Shown: piece by piece, positions 1 to 12,103 of the stretch
Layout: every line of letters starts with the position of its first letter
How positions within the stretch are numbered: position 1 is the first letter of the stretch
NCBI GenBank assembly: GCA_964016885.1
Contig: OZ024749.1
Coordinates: 52,762,001-52,826,000 of the forward strand
Direction of reading: 5' to 3'
Length of the DNA: 64,000 nt
Origin: Eledone cirrhosa
Lineage: Eukaryota
Notes under the pieces: model-generated
Database searches by the model: none
What the model saw: the letters and a program-made list of their open reading frames with translations, nothing else
Told to the model about the DNA's origin: nothing
Position numbers and translations under genes: made by a program

Positions 1-169
1 CAGTCAATCTATCTATTCCAATATGTGTGCTAATGGAAATGAACATATTCACAATAATCTTCCAATCAAATTAAACCGACTTTATTAGGACAATCTCTAT
101 ATTTGTTAAGTAGATTGGGGTAAACCTTCCACCCAACTTTAATTACTACAAATATATATAAAGACATCT

Positions 170-437
170 TTAACCCTTCCATTGCCATATTTCTAATGAA
201 AGACACTGTCTATGTCATTAACCCTTCCATTGCCATATTTCTAATGAAAGACACTATCTATGTCATTAACCCTTTCATTACCATATTTCTAATGAAAGAC
301 ACTATCTATGTCATTAACCCTTCCATTACCATATTTCTAATGAAAGACACTGTCTATGTCTTTAACCCTTCCATTGCCATATTTCTAATGAAAGACACTG
401 TCTATGTCATTAACCCTTCCATTGCCATATTTCTAAA
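170..437. repeat. 48-bp tandem repeat, ~5.5 copies
   Basis: Unit TTAACCCTTCCATTGCCATATTTCTAATGAAAGACACTGTCTATGTCA. Confidence 0.9.
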
Positions 438-453
438 CCATTATTTCACTTAC

Positions 454-515
454 CTGGTTTATTTTGTTTAAATCTGTCTCTTGTTTTTCCTTCAATAGAC
501 CATAGGCCTTTCCAC
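454..515 (-). CDS. AIF1: AIF1 second coding exon (GGKAYGLLKEKQETDLNKINQ); the EF-hand exons lie beyond the window start
   Basis: ttcttttaattatag|GTGGAAAGGCCTATGGT...AACCAG|gtaagt, 62 nt. Matches the recalled AIF1/AIF1L motif QGGKAFGLLKAQQEERLDEINK. Confidence 0.9.
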
Positions 516-763
516 CTATAATTAAAAGAAACACACAGATTACTTAAAACTGCACACACTGTTGTATTTAACAATTATTATTATTTTCATTTTTATTAAA
601 TATATATATATATATACAGGGTCTCCCCCAAAATTGACATCATTTTAAAAGCAAATATCTCGAAAACTACTAAGTCTAGCTCAATGCTCAATATATATAT
701 ATATGGGACAAACCCGTCTAATCAATGCTGGCGTAGAAGATAGATGTTAAATGATCATGATGA

Positions 764-850
<87 letters not shown>

Positions 851-910
851 AGTCCCGGGTTCAGTCGGGGGGTAACCACAGTAAATAAAGTACTCAATAC
901 ATTAGTAGAG

Positions 911-1057
911 TATATACAAAATTTGATATAGAAATGGTTTCTACAGGACTAGAACTGTTTCATTAGAAAGAAATCATTAGGAAAGCTCTGATGATTTCTT
1001 TCAAATGAAATAGTTCTAGTCTTGTAGGAGCCATTTCTATATTAAATTTTATATATA
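911..1057. repeat. Imperfect palindrome carrying head-to-head hammerhead-like motifs
   Basis: 70-bp arms (911-980 / 988-1057), 8 mismatches. Confidence 0.8.
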
Positions 1058-1071
1058 TATATATATATGTG

Positions 1072-1290
1072 AAGGCGCATGGCTGAGTGGTTAGAGAATT
1101 GGATTCACAATCTTGAGGCTGTGAGTTCGATTTCTGGACCGGGTGATGCGTTATGTCCTTGAGCAAGACACTTTATTTAACGTTGCTCCTTCTACCTGGA
1201 GTTGCGACCGATAGATAGTACTAGCAACTGGAAAGACCGATGAAAACATTGTTCCCTCGATCCGATTTGACGAAAGTCGATCGATCTAAA
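1072..1290 (+). mobile_element. tRNA-derived SINE with CORE-like box
   Basis: TGGCTGAGTGG / GAGTTCGATT boxes, GTCCTTGAGCAAGACACTT core; its tail recurs at ~42972-43055(-) and ~56180-56325(+). Confidence 0.75.
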
Positions 1291-1295
1291 AAGAA

Positions 1296-1342
<47 letters not shown>

Positions 1343-1484
1343 TATATATATATATATATATATATACGGGGGTGAATTGTTGACCACAGGGGAATGGACA
1401 TGCGATTCAAGAACACGCGCCTTGTCTGTTCCCTTGTCATTTCTGTTTGGATTACCATGGGAACGTAACCTTATTATATAAGAA

Positions 1485-1559
1485 GCTGTCTGATGATGTC
1501 ACAGCACTGGGTACACGGAATCGTGTGGCCACTGTCGCCATTGAAATATATATCACAGC
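1485..1559 (+). ncRNA. Type-I hammerhead ribozyme motif
   Basis: GCTGT-CTGATGA-[stem II]-GAA-ATATATAT-C/ACAGC: 5-bp stem I, intact core, palindromic stem III. TATA-like box upstream, AATAAA at 1566. Confidence 0.7.
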
Positions 1560-1632
1560 CTTACCAATAAAGGACTTTAACATCTGAAACTACTTCAAAT
1601 TTTCTCATTCTATATATATATATATATATATA

Positions 1633-1844
1633 TAACGAAGGAAATGTGGTAAGGAACCAGATGGACCATAACACACCAAAGTACTCAATACTTAGGGTAG
1701 TAGAGTGGGTAATAGGAACAAGTATGACCTTGACGGCAGAGCTCAAGCCGTTTCGACAGCTAATTCTGGACTAAACAAATTTTTTTTTAGTTCAGAATTA
1801 GCTGTCGAAACGGCTTGAGCTCTGCCGTCGGGGTCATACTTGTT

Positions 1845-1849
<5 letters not shown>
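1633..1849. mobile_element. Non-coding foldback element with hammerhead 3' half (Penelope pLTR-like family)
   Basis: Arms ~1712-1778 / 1780-1849. Family fragments at 3340-3481, 9024-9114, 27961-28060, 61275-61400, all abutting (TA)n. Confidence 0.6.
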
Positions 1850-1887
<38 letters not shown>

Positions 1888-2400
1888 GATTCATGTTTGA
1901 ATCTTTTATTTCTAGTATTAAATATTAAATTACATGAAAATAATCAAGAATTTAATATTTAGTCAAACATAAAGGAAAAGAAAGCAATATTGGAAACGTC
2001 TTAATTTTGGTCCTCACTCATCAAGTTTGGGAACTACTCCCTAGTGCCAAAACCTTCTAAGGTGCTGGTCATCTAGTGCAAAATAAAGTTTGATTGAAAT
2101 AGAAGTGTTTCAATATTGATTGTGTTTCAATATGTAATGCTAGCTCCACCCTTAGCTCGTAATATTTATCATTAAAGCTGAGATCAGCGAGATTATAATC
2201 TTAGTAATGAAATAGAATAGCTGTGATGTAAACCACCAAATTTACATTCTGGAGATAGGATGGGATAAATAGATTGAATTACTGCCAGGGGGAGGATGGA
2301 GGGGATTAGAAATTTAATGAAGTGTAAAACCTCGTTAATCGATTTAATTATCGTTAATTTCATTCTTAGATACAATATTATTTCTTCTTACTTTTGTACA

Positions 2401-2768
2401 AAACAACAATAACGATAACAACAACAGCACCAACAACAGCACCACCAACAACAACAGCACCACCAACAACAGCAACAACAACAACAACAGCAACAATAAA
2501 AACAACAATAGCACTACCAACAACAACAATACCAACAGCAACAATAGCAACAACAACCACAGCAACAATAACAACAACAACAACAACAACAGCAACAGCA
2601 ACAACAACCACAGCAACAATAACAACAACAACAACAACAACAGCAACAGCAACAGCAACAGCAACAACAACCACAGCAACAATAACAACAACAACAACAA
2701 CAACAACAACAGCAACAGCAACAGCAACAGCAACAACAACCACAGCAACAATTACAACAATAATAACA
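2401..2768. repeat. (ACA/GCA)n trinucleotide tract
   Basis: Direct reading. Confidence 0.95.
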
Positions 2769-2927
2769 AGATGACTGTGAATTGTGAAAGCAGTTGTGAG
2801 TTCATCAGATTAAATATTTTCCTATTAGTTCCGGTTCTCTGCATTCTGAGAGTAAATCTCAGCAAGGTTAACTCTGCCTTTCCCCCATTTGGTGGGGAGG
2901 GAGAGGGGGGCTGGGGGCTGGTAGAAT

Positions 2928-2958
<31 letters not shown>

Positions 2959-3079
2959 GTTATCAACAACATCATCATCATCAGGTTTTGAACTCAGAAA
3001 ATGTATATATAGATCCAGAAGAAGTACTGTAGTTAGTGGCATGTTGTCTGATGCTCTACCAATTCTACCAAGCTATTGC

Positions 3080-3191
<112 letters not shown>

Positions 3192-3192
3192 G

Positions 3193-3290
<98 letters not shown>

Positions 3291-3478
3291 CATATATATA
3301 TATACATATATATATATACATATATATATATACATATACTCAGTCCAGAAATAGCCATTCAAACGGCTTGAGCTCTGCCGTCGGGGTCATACTTTTTCCT
3401 ATTTCCCACTCTACTAACCTAAGTATTGAGTACTCTGGTGCGTTATGGTCCATCTGGTTCCTTACCACAATTCCTTTG

Positions 3479-3583
<105 letters not shown>

Positions 3584-4182
3584 TGTTATACTTCGAGAGG
3601 GTCATATTGTTATAATATTACCAGAAATAATAACAGAACACAGTGTATTACTGGTACTTGATTTTATCGACCCTGTAAGGATGAAAGGCAAAGTTAACCT
3701 CAGCGGGATTTGAACTCAGACCGTAAAGGGACGTAACTCACTGCTGCAAAGCATGGCGTCCGACTCTCTATGGATTACTACTAATCCACTGCCCCAATTT
3801 CTGTATATAACAACAATAGTATTTCAGCTTATTATGATTGACCTAAAATACCATAATATCTATTTCATTTGAAAGCAAGGCTTTAGTTGAAATCTCTTTC
3901 TAATTATATCTAACACAATGAAAACAATATCTTTACCGTTTCCAACAAAATGTGACACTTCCAAAATAGAAACATAATGGTCACAAATTTATGTGATATT
4001 CTTTATCTTATTTATTTATTTATTTATTTATTTAAATAATTTCACAACCCATGACCCACCACCCATCCCCACGCCACCCACCACCCAGATCCACACGACC
4101 CAACACCCAGACCCACTGTAAGGATGAAAGACAAAGTTGACCTCAGCGGGATTTGAACTCAGAATGGAAAGGGAGAGAGAGA

Positions 4183-4217
<35 letters not shown>

Positions 4218-4221
4218 GGGA

Positions 4222-4278
<57 letters not shown>

Positions 4279-4589
4279 ATTCATGAATAAAATGTTGAAA
4301 GTCTATCAACTTTGTTATTTATCTCAACAGAAATTGAATTATTAACGCTTTTCTATGAAAGACAAAGGATTGGGTTTTGTATTTTTTTCAAAACTGTCAA
4401 TCTTTGGATCTAAATAATCTGTCAGACTCCTGCCCACCCAACCCTTATTAGCAGAGGAAGGGGACATTATAACGATGATGATGATTAGTCTATACATGTA
4501 ACATATATATATATGTGTATGTGTATGTATAATATATATATTATATATATATATATTATATATATATGTATGTATAATATATACATATC

Positions 4590-4702
4590 ATTGAAGCTCA
4601 CGGTGGAGATGACGAGGGACCGTGACGAGTGGAGAGATGCTGTGCTGAATAAGACCCGTCCCACCCTTGCAAGCAGGGAAAAGCGGACGTAAAATGATGA
4701 TT
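4590..4702 (+). mobile_element. RTE 3'-end remnant
   Basis: LKLTVEMTRDRDEWRDAVL then CCCGTCCCACCCTTGCAAGCAGGGAAAAGCGGACGTAAAATGATG. Confidence 0.75.
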
Positions 4703-5919
4703 ATATATATATATATATATTTTATATATATATATACATATATTTTATATATATATATATATACGTGTATATATATATTATATATATATTATATATATAT
4801 ATAATGTAATATATATATATATATACATGCATATATACATACATACATAATACATACACACACACACACATAGAAACATACATATCTACATAGATACATA
4901 CACAGAAACATTTATTCATACATACATACATACATAGAAAAACATGTATACATATATATACACAGACAGAGAAACATGTATACATACATACACACAGAGA
5001 AAAACATGTATACAAGCGTATGTATGTTTCTAGGTTAAGCTTACATGAAACCTAATTGTATAAAATGGTTCCTGGAAGTAACAACTGAAGACAGACAAAA
5101 CTAGAAGATTATATAAATGACATACACAGCAGGAAGAAAAAATAATACAAAACATATTTAAATGGGAAAATAACTAATAAATAGCAAAATAAAATAAAAA
5201 ATAAAATTGAGGATAAAATAAAAAATAATATATAAAATAAAAAATAAAATACAAAATAAAAAATAATATATAAAGTAAAATTTATGATAAAATTAAAAAT
5301 GAAATATAAAAAAAATTGATAAAATAAATCAAAATAATATAAATAATCAGATCTCCAGGGAAAAAAACAAACATGAGATTTGAGTGAAATAAAAACATGA
5401 GAATGGGGAAGAAAAAATAATGTCTTTAGAAGTAGGTGACAGGAAAACAGTAGCTTCTTCTCTAATTAAAACAACTTGGTAGGAGATGACTAAAATAAAA
5501 ATATCTAGTTTGATACTAATTTAGAATACCTTGTTTGTATTCTACTGTCATGGCCTTGATAGTGTGGCCAGGGCTTATGAGAGAAGGGTGGGCTGTCCAG
5601 CTGGTATTTTGTTCCGGGGAGCCCAAGAGCTAAGAAGGCCACACAGCAACCATGCAATATCCATTTTGAGAAAAATCTTTGCCCGCTTCGGGCCTACAAA
5701 GGGGTCTTGTACCGCCATGCAAAATTTCTATTGAAGGCCCTGAGAGTGTGTGTGGCAGTTGATAAAACATGAAGAGAATCTTTGATAATTTCTGAAAAGC
5801 CTTCTTCTCTGCTGTTTGGTTTAATTCTCTTTGATAACAAAACTGCCTGAAAGTGGTTGAAACTGCCTGAAACTGCTTGGCGGGAGGGGTGGGGGTGGGG
5901 TGGTAATGATACGAATGCT

Positions 5920-6760
5920 GTATATATGACATACCAATCTTGGACTCCAGGAATCCGGGTATATATGGTATACCAAACCTGGTATATATGGTATACCAAC
6001 CCTGGTATATATGACATACCAACCCTGGTATATATGGTATACCAATCCTGGTATATATGGTATACCAATCCTGGTATATATGACATACCAGCCCTGGTAT
6101 ATATGACATACCAACCTTGGTATATATGACATACCAACCCTGGTATATATGACATACCAACCCTGGTATATATGACATACCAACCCTGGTATACATGACA
6201 TACCAATCCTGGTATATATGACATACCAACCCTGATATATATGACATACCAGCCCTGGTATATATGACATACCAACCCTGGTATATATGACATACCAACC
6301 CTGGTATATATGACATACCAACCCTGGTATATATGACATACCAACCCTGGTATATATGACATACCAACCCTGGTATATATGACATACCAACCCTGGTATA
6401 TATGACATACCAACCCTGGTATATATGACATACCAATCCTGGTATATATGACATACCAACCCTGGTATATATGACATACCAACCCTGGTATATATGACAT
6501 ACCAACCCTGGTATATATGACATACCAATCCTGGTATATATGACATACCAACCCTGGTATATATGACATACCAGCCCTGGTATATATGACATACCAACCC
6601 TGGTATATATGACATACCAATCCTGGTATATATGACATACCAACCCTGGTATATATGACATACCAACCCTGGTATATATGACATACCAACCCTGGTATAT
6701 ATGACATACCAACCCTGGTATATATGACATACAAACCCTGGTATATGACATACCAATCTT
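5920..6760. repeat. 23-bp minisatellite (CTGGTATATATGACATACCAACC)
   Basis: Direct reading; explains three overlapping long pseudo-ORFs. Confidence 0.95.
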
Positions 6761-7237
6761 GGATTCCTCCCCAAAATGTTACTATTTTCCTCCCTACTGC
6801 TGTATGGCACTGCTCCACTAGTTATTTCTAAAGACGTAGTCTCTACCTGGAACTATGTAATTGTTTACCAAACACTGCTCTGTATATAATTAATTATAAA
6901 TAAAATAATTTACTAATGAGTCTCCACTAATTATCTGTTGATTATTTACTGATGATTATGTTTCACCTGGTACACCTTTAATCAACTCGTGCCAACTGGG
7001 TAAAACAAATGTTTAAAAAATAGTAATGATGATTATGATGGGGGGGGGGGTAGTTGTGTGTGGGGGGGGGGGGTAGTTATGGTGGTGGTATTGGTGGTGG
7101 GGGTTGTGGTTATGGTGGTGATGATGGTTGTGGTGGTGGTGTCGGTAGTTATGGTGGTGGTATTGGTGGTGGGTTTGTGGTGGTGGTGTCAGTGGTAGCA
7201 GTGGTGGAATTAGTTGTTAGTGAAACAGCAAGAGCTC

Positions 7238-7627
7238 ATCTAAAATAAACATATGAAACAATCACAGGGAATAATTTGTAAAAGTGTGTAAGCACACATA
7301 ACTAGGTAGGTAACTAATTAAAGTTTAACTAGAACTTTAAATATTATTTGGTTATACAGCAAATTCAAATCTGCGAATGACTAGCAGCACAGATAGTTAA
7401 ATCTTCTCCCTTGTTGAAAATCCGTGATTTGGCTACTGTGGTTTACCAATCGATTGATGGTGAAATATATTTCTTTAATGAAATATATACAAGGAAGATT
7501 AATAAATTTATAAGGTATCTATATTTAAAGTTCTAGTTAAACTTTAATTAGTTACCTACCTAGCTATGTGTGCTTACACACTTTTACAAATTATTCCCTG
7601 TGATTGTTTCATATGTTTATTTTAGAT
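7238..7627. repeat. 107-bp inverted repeat with 176-bp spacer
   Basis: 7238-7344 vs 7521-7627, one mismatch seen. Confidence 0.9.
7409..7494 (+). ncRNA. Hammerhead-like motif, U3-A8 variant, in the loop of a 107-bp inverted repeat
   Basis: CCTTG-TTGAAAA-...-GAA-ATATAT-A/CAAGG; AATAAA at 7501. Confidence 0.55.
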
Positions 7628-7644
7628 ATATATATGTATATATA

Positions 7645-7983
7645 GGGGGCACATGGCTTAGTGGTTAGAGCATTGGTCTTGCAATCGAAAGGTTGTGAGT
7701 TCAATTCTCAGATCGGGTGATGTGTTGTTTCCTTGAGCAAGACACTTTATTTCACATTGCTCCAGTTTACTTGGCTGTAGAAATGAGATGATAGGGACCG
7801 GGGTCCAAATCATTCCACTGAAAAGTGGTCGTGGAGGTGCCACGGCAAAAAAGCACCCAGCACTCACTGTAAATGAGGTTGGTGTTAGGAAGGGCATCCA
7901 GCTGTAGAAATCAAGGTTGAATCAGTTCCCGTCCCACCCTTGCAAGCAGGGAAAAGTGGACGTAAAATGAAATGATGATGATG
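7645..7983 (+). mobile_element. tRNA/CORE-type SINE with RTE-derived 3' tail
   Basis: tRNA-like head + CCTTGAGCAAGACACTT, then RTE 3'UTR sequence and (GAT)n. Related copies at 49899-50208(-) and 54256-54531(-). Confidence 0.8.
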
Positions 7984-8009
7984 AAATGATATGTCAATCA
8001 ATTTCTAGT

Positions 8010-8081
<72 letters not shown>

Positions 8082-8165
8082 ATGTATGTACATGTGTAGG
8101 AATGCATGCATTTATTTATGTATGTATATATACATGTATATATATATCTAAACATATATATATAT

Positions 8166-8209
<44 letters not shown>

Positions 8210-8434
8210 ATATATATATATATGTATATATGTATATATATATATATACATATCAATTAGAAATATATATATGTATATGTGTATATATATATATACATAT
8301 CAATTAGAAATATACATATATATACATATATATATATAAATATACATCATCATCATCATCATCTTTGTTTAACGTCCATTTTCCATGCTAGCATGGGTTA
8401 GACGGAGCATGATATATATATATATATACACATC

Positions 8435-8474
8435 CCGAGCTGAACATCCGCGAAGGTGAAACAATTGTTCTCGG
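8435..8474 (+). ncRNA. Minimal hammerhead-like motif (G8C, probably inactive)
   Basis: CCGAG-CTGAACA-tCCgcgaaGGt-GAA-ACAATTGT-T/CTCGG. Confidence 0.55.
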
Positions 8475-9111
8475 TATGGTGAACTAACTGTTGTGTAACT
8501 ACTTCTATATATATATATATATATGTCTAACATTTTGAATGACCCGCCAAAAACCTGGGGTTATTTCCCTTGCCGGAATTAACACGTGACAGCTATAGAT
8601 ACGATACGCCGCATGTAGCAGCAACATATAGCTTATCACTTCAGTTCTGGGTAGAACGAAAAACTGAATCCTCCGTTCGATCACCAATACCACGAGCTTG
8701 CCAGACACGTAAGTCTGATATTTGATTTTGGATTCAAAGAAACACTTTAAACGATTGATCGTTTGATTTGTCCAGGTGTATTTTTCTCAACCTGATTAGT
8801 TCTATCGTTACTTTGGTATGTATTGTGTGTTAGTTTCGCCTACCACAATGTTCGATTTGTCAAGCTATTTAAACGCATGTTATTACTCTGAGGCCCTACC
8901 TTATCGAGTGCTTTGCTAACTCATCATTTCATATAGGTAGGCCGAATTTACTTGCAAACCGCCAGAGATTCGATTTTACTAATTTCCAATTATATTGTAT
9001 ATATATATTATATATATATATATACTCGTTCCTATTACCCACTCTACTACCCTAAGTATTGAGTACTTTGGTGCGTTATGGTTCACCTGGTTCCTTACCA
9101 CATTTCCTTCG

Positions 9112-9202
<91 letters not shown>

Positions 9203-9220
9203 CATATATATATAAATATA

Positions 9221-9306
<86 letters not shown>

Positions 9307-9589
9307 CATATATATATATATATTAATGCTACTAATGCAATCACTGTTTATTATTCTGTTTTGTTTTGTTGTTGTTGTTGTGTGTCTATGTGTATGTGTG
9401 TTTCTGTATGTGTGTATATATATGTGTGTGTTTCTGTATGTATGTATATATATGCGTGTGTGTTTGTGTGTTTATTTTATATTCTTTATGGGGTTTTTTT
9501 TGGGGGGGGGGGGAATTTTAGATTTTAATATTTTTTGCTGTCTTTTTTCTTCTCATTTCTCTTTTGTTTTTGTTCTTTCTTCCTCCTCC

Positions 9590-9768
9590 TTCTACCACTA
9601 TTACTACTGCTACTACTACCATACCACCACCACCACCACCACCAACACTAATACTACTACTACTACTACTACTACCATACCACCACCACCACTGCCACCA
9701 CCACTACCACTACTACTACTACTACTACTACCATACTACCACCACCACTACCACCACCACCACCACTG

Positions 9769-9802
<34 letters not shown>

Positions 9803-10352
9803 CATACCACCATCACATCAAACTGTTATTTATAAATCTGTTGGGTTTTTTTGCCATCAAATGTGATAATTACTTAATGTTCCAGCACCCCCACCCCCAC
9901 CACCACTACCACCACCACCACCACCACTACCACCACCACTACCACCATCACTACCGCCACCCCCACTGCCCCCACCACCACTATCACCACCACCACCACT
10001 ATCACTACCGCCACCCCCACTACCACTATCACCACCACCACCACTATCACCATCACTACCACCACCAATACCACTATCACTACCCCCCCCCCCCCCCCCC
10101 ACTACCACCACACACCCCACTACCGCCACCACTACCACCATCACTACCGCCACCACCACCATGACCGCCCCACCACCAATACCACCACCAATACCACTAT
10201 CACTACCACCCCCACCACCACCACCACCACCACTACCGCCACCACCACCATGACCGCCCCACCACCACTACCACCACCAATACCACTATCACTACCGCCA
10301 CCACAACCACCACAACCACCACCACCACCACCACCACTGCCGCCACCACCAC
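9590..10352. repeat. (ACC/ACT)n compound microsatellite
   Basis: Direct reading. Confidence 0.9.
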
Positions 10353-10629
10353 CTGACCCCCATCCATTTCCTTCCACTCATCTTTCCACAACATGGAACT
10401 CAGGTAAATGGTTAACACAGGTAACTAGGACAGTTTATAACAAAGTGTTTTTCACGTTCATTGATAGAAAGATCAGAAAAAATAGCAAACAAGACAACAT
10501 TGATCTAATCCTTGGATTTCTCATTTATATAGAGTGTTAGTATATAGTATGTGAGGTTCTATAGAGCTACGTATTAAATTATATAGTGTTACTATAGTAT
10601 GTGAGGTTCTATAGAGCTAAATTAAATAC

Positions 10630-11203
10630 GGTGTGGTATGGTATGGTGTAATGTAGTATGTTGTAGCGTGGTGTGGTGTGGTGTGGTGTGGTATGGTATG
10701 GTGTGGTCTGGTGTGGTGTAGTGTGGTGGTGTGTTGTAGTGTGGTGTGCTGTAGTGTGGTGTGGTGTGGTGTGGTGTGGTGTGGTGTGGTGTGGTGTAGT
10801 GTGGTGTGTTATGGTGTAGTGTAATGTAGTGTGGTGTGTTGTAGTGTGGTGTGGTGTGTTGTAGCGTCGTGTAGTGTGGTGTGGTGAGGTGTAGTGTGGT
10901 GTGGTCTGGTCTGGTGTGGTGTGATGTGGTGTGGTGTGGTGTAGTCTAGTGTGGTGTGGTGAGGTGTAGTGTGGTGTGGTGCGATGTGGTGTGGTGTAGT
11001 GTGGTGTGGTGTAGTGTAATGTGGTGTAGTGTGGTGTAGTATGGTGTGGTGTAGTGTGGTGTGGTATAGTGTGGTGTGGTGTGGTGTAGTGTGCTGTAGT
11101 GTGGTGTGGTGTGGTGTGGTGTAGTGTGGTGTGGTGTAGTGTGGTGTGGTGTGGTGTAGTGTGATGTAGTGTAGTGTAGTGTGGTGTAGTGTGGTGTGGT
11201 GTA
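10630..11203. repeat. (GTGTG/GTGTA)n pentamer array
   Basis: Direct reading. Confidence 0.95.
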
Positions 11204-11795
11204 GAGGCAGTATGACCTGTGAGTGGATCATTATTCTTGTGGAAGGAAATAAAAACTGACATGATTATCAAATCATTGAGGAAATGTAGAATTTTGGATG
11301 CCCTGGATGGTAGAGGAAGTGGGCGGGGATGGGGTGGTGGTGGTAGAAGCAACAGTTATTGTACAGCCTGCTGTGATAATGAAGAGGAAGTGATAATGAA
11401 GATCTCACATACAATGCTATCATTGACCCTTTTGATACCCAAAACTGTCAGAAACCAAACTAGATTCATCATACAAAACTGTTCATTTTAAAATGTTTAT
11501 ACTTTTAAAACATTTAAAACCTTCCATCATGGTTTTATTTTTCAAGTTTTGATTAAGTAATTTTCTAAATATCAACTTACTGATGAAAAGGTTAAGTAAT
11601 TTATTTCAAATTCTTCCAAATTTGTTCTTTCTTTCAAAGTTGATTGCAAAACTTAGAAAGTGTATTTCATTAGAAATATTGTAACACAATGATTAACCCT
11701 GATCCTTGTAAGTATGGACTCACCACTCCTGATGAAGTCATAGGGACGTTTTAAAATAAACAGCATTGTATCATAGAAGCAGAGGTGGTTTTGAG

Positions 11796-12103
11796 CAGTT
11801 TCAGGCAGTTTCAGCCGGTTTCAAGCAACATCAGTCAGTTTCAGCCAGTTTCAAGTAATCTCAGCCAGTTTCAAACAACATCAACCAGTTTCAGGCAGTC
11901 TCAGCCAGTTTCAGGCAGTCTCAGCCAGTTTCAAGCAGTTTTAGCCAGTTTCAAGCAATATCAACTAGTTTCAATCAGTTTCAGGCAGTCTCAGCCAGTT
12001 CCAGGCAGTCTCGACCAGTTTCAAGCAGTTTCAGCTAGTTTCAAGCAACATTGACCAGTTTCAAGCAGTCTCAGCCAGTACCAGGCAGTTTCAGCCAGTA
12101 TCA
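11796..12103. repeat. 10-bp degenerate tandem repeat (CAGTTTCAAG-like)
   Basis: Direct reading. Confidence 0.85.

Noticed and set aside
1072-1145. tRNA-like sequences with A/B boxes
   Set aside because: SINE heads, followed by SINE core and tail; no clean cloverleaf.
5630-6818. Three 329-374-aa overlapping ORFs; CRISPR-like appearance
   Set aside because: Contiguous 23-bp tandem repeat with no unique spacers and no cas genes, in a eukaryotic context.
11727-11752. CTGATGA followed by a small hairpin
   Set aside because: No GAAA box or stem III, so not counted as a hammerhead.
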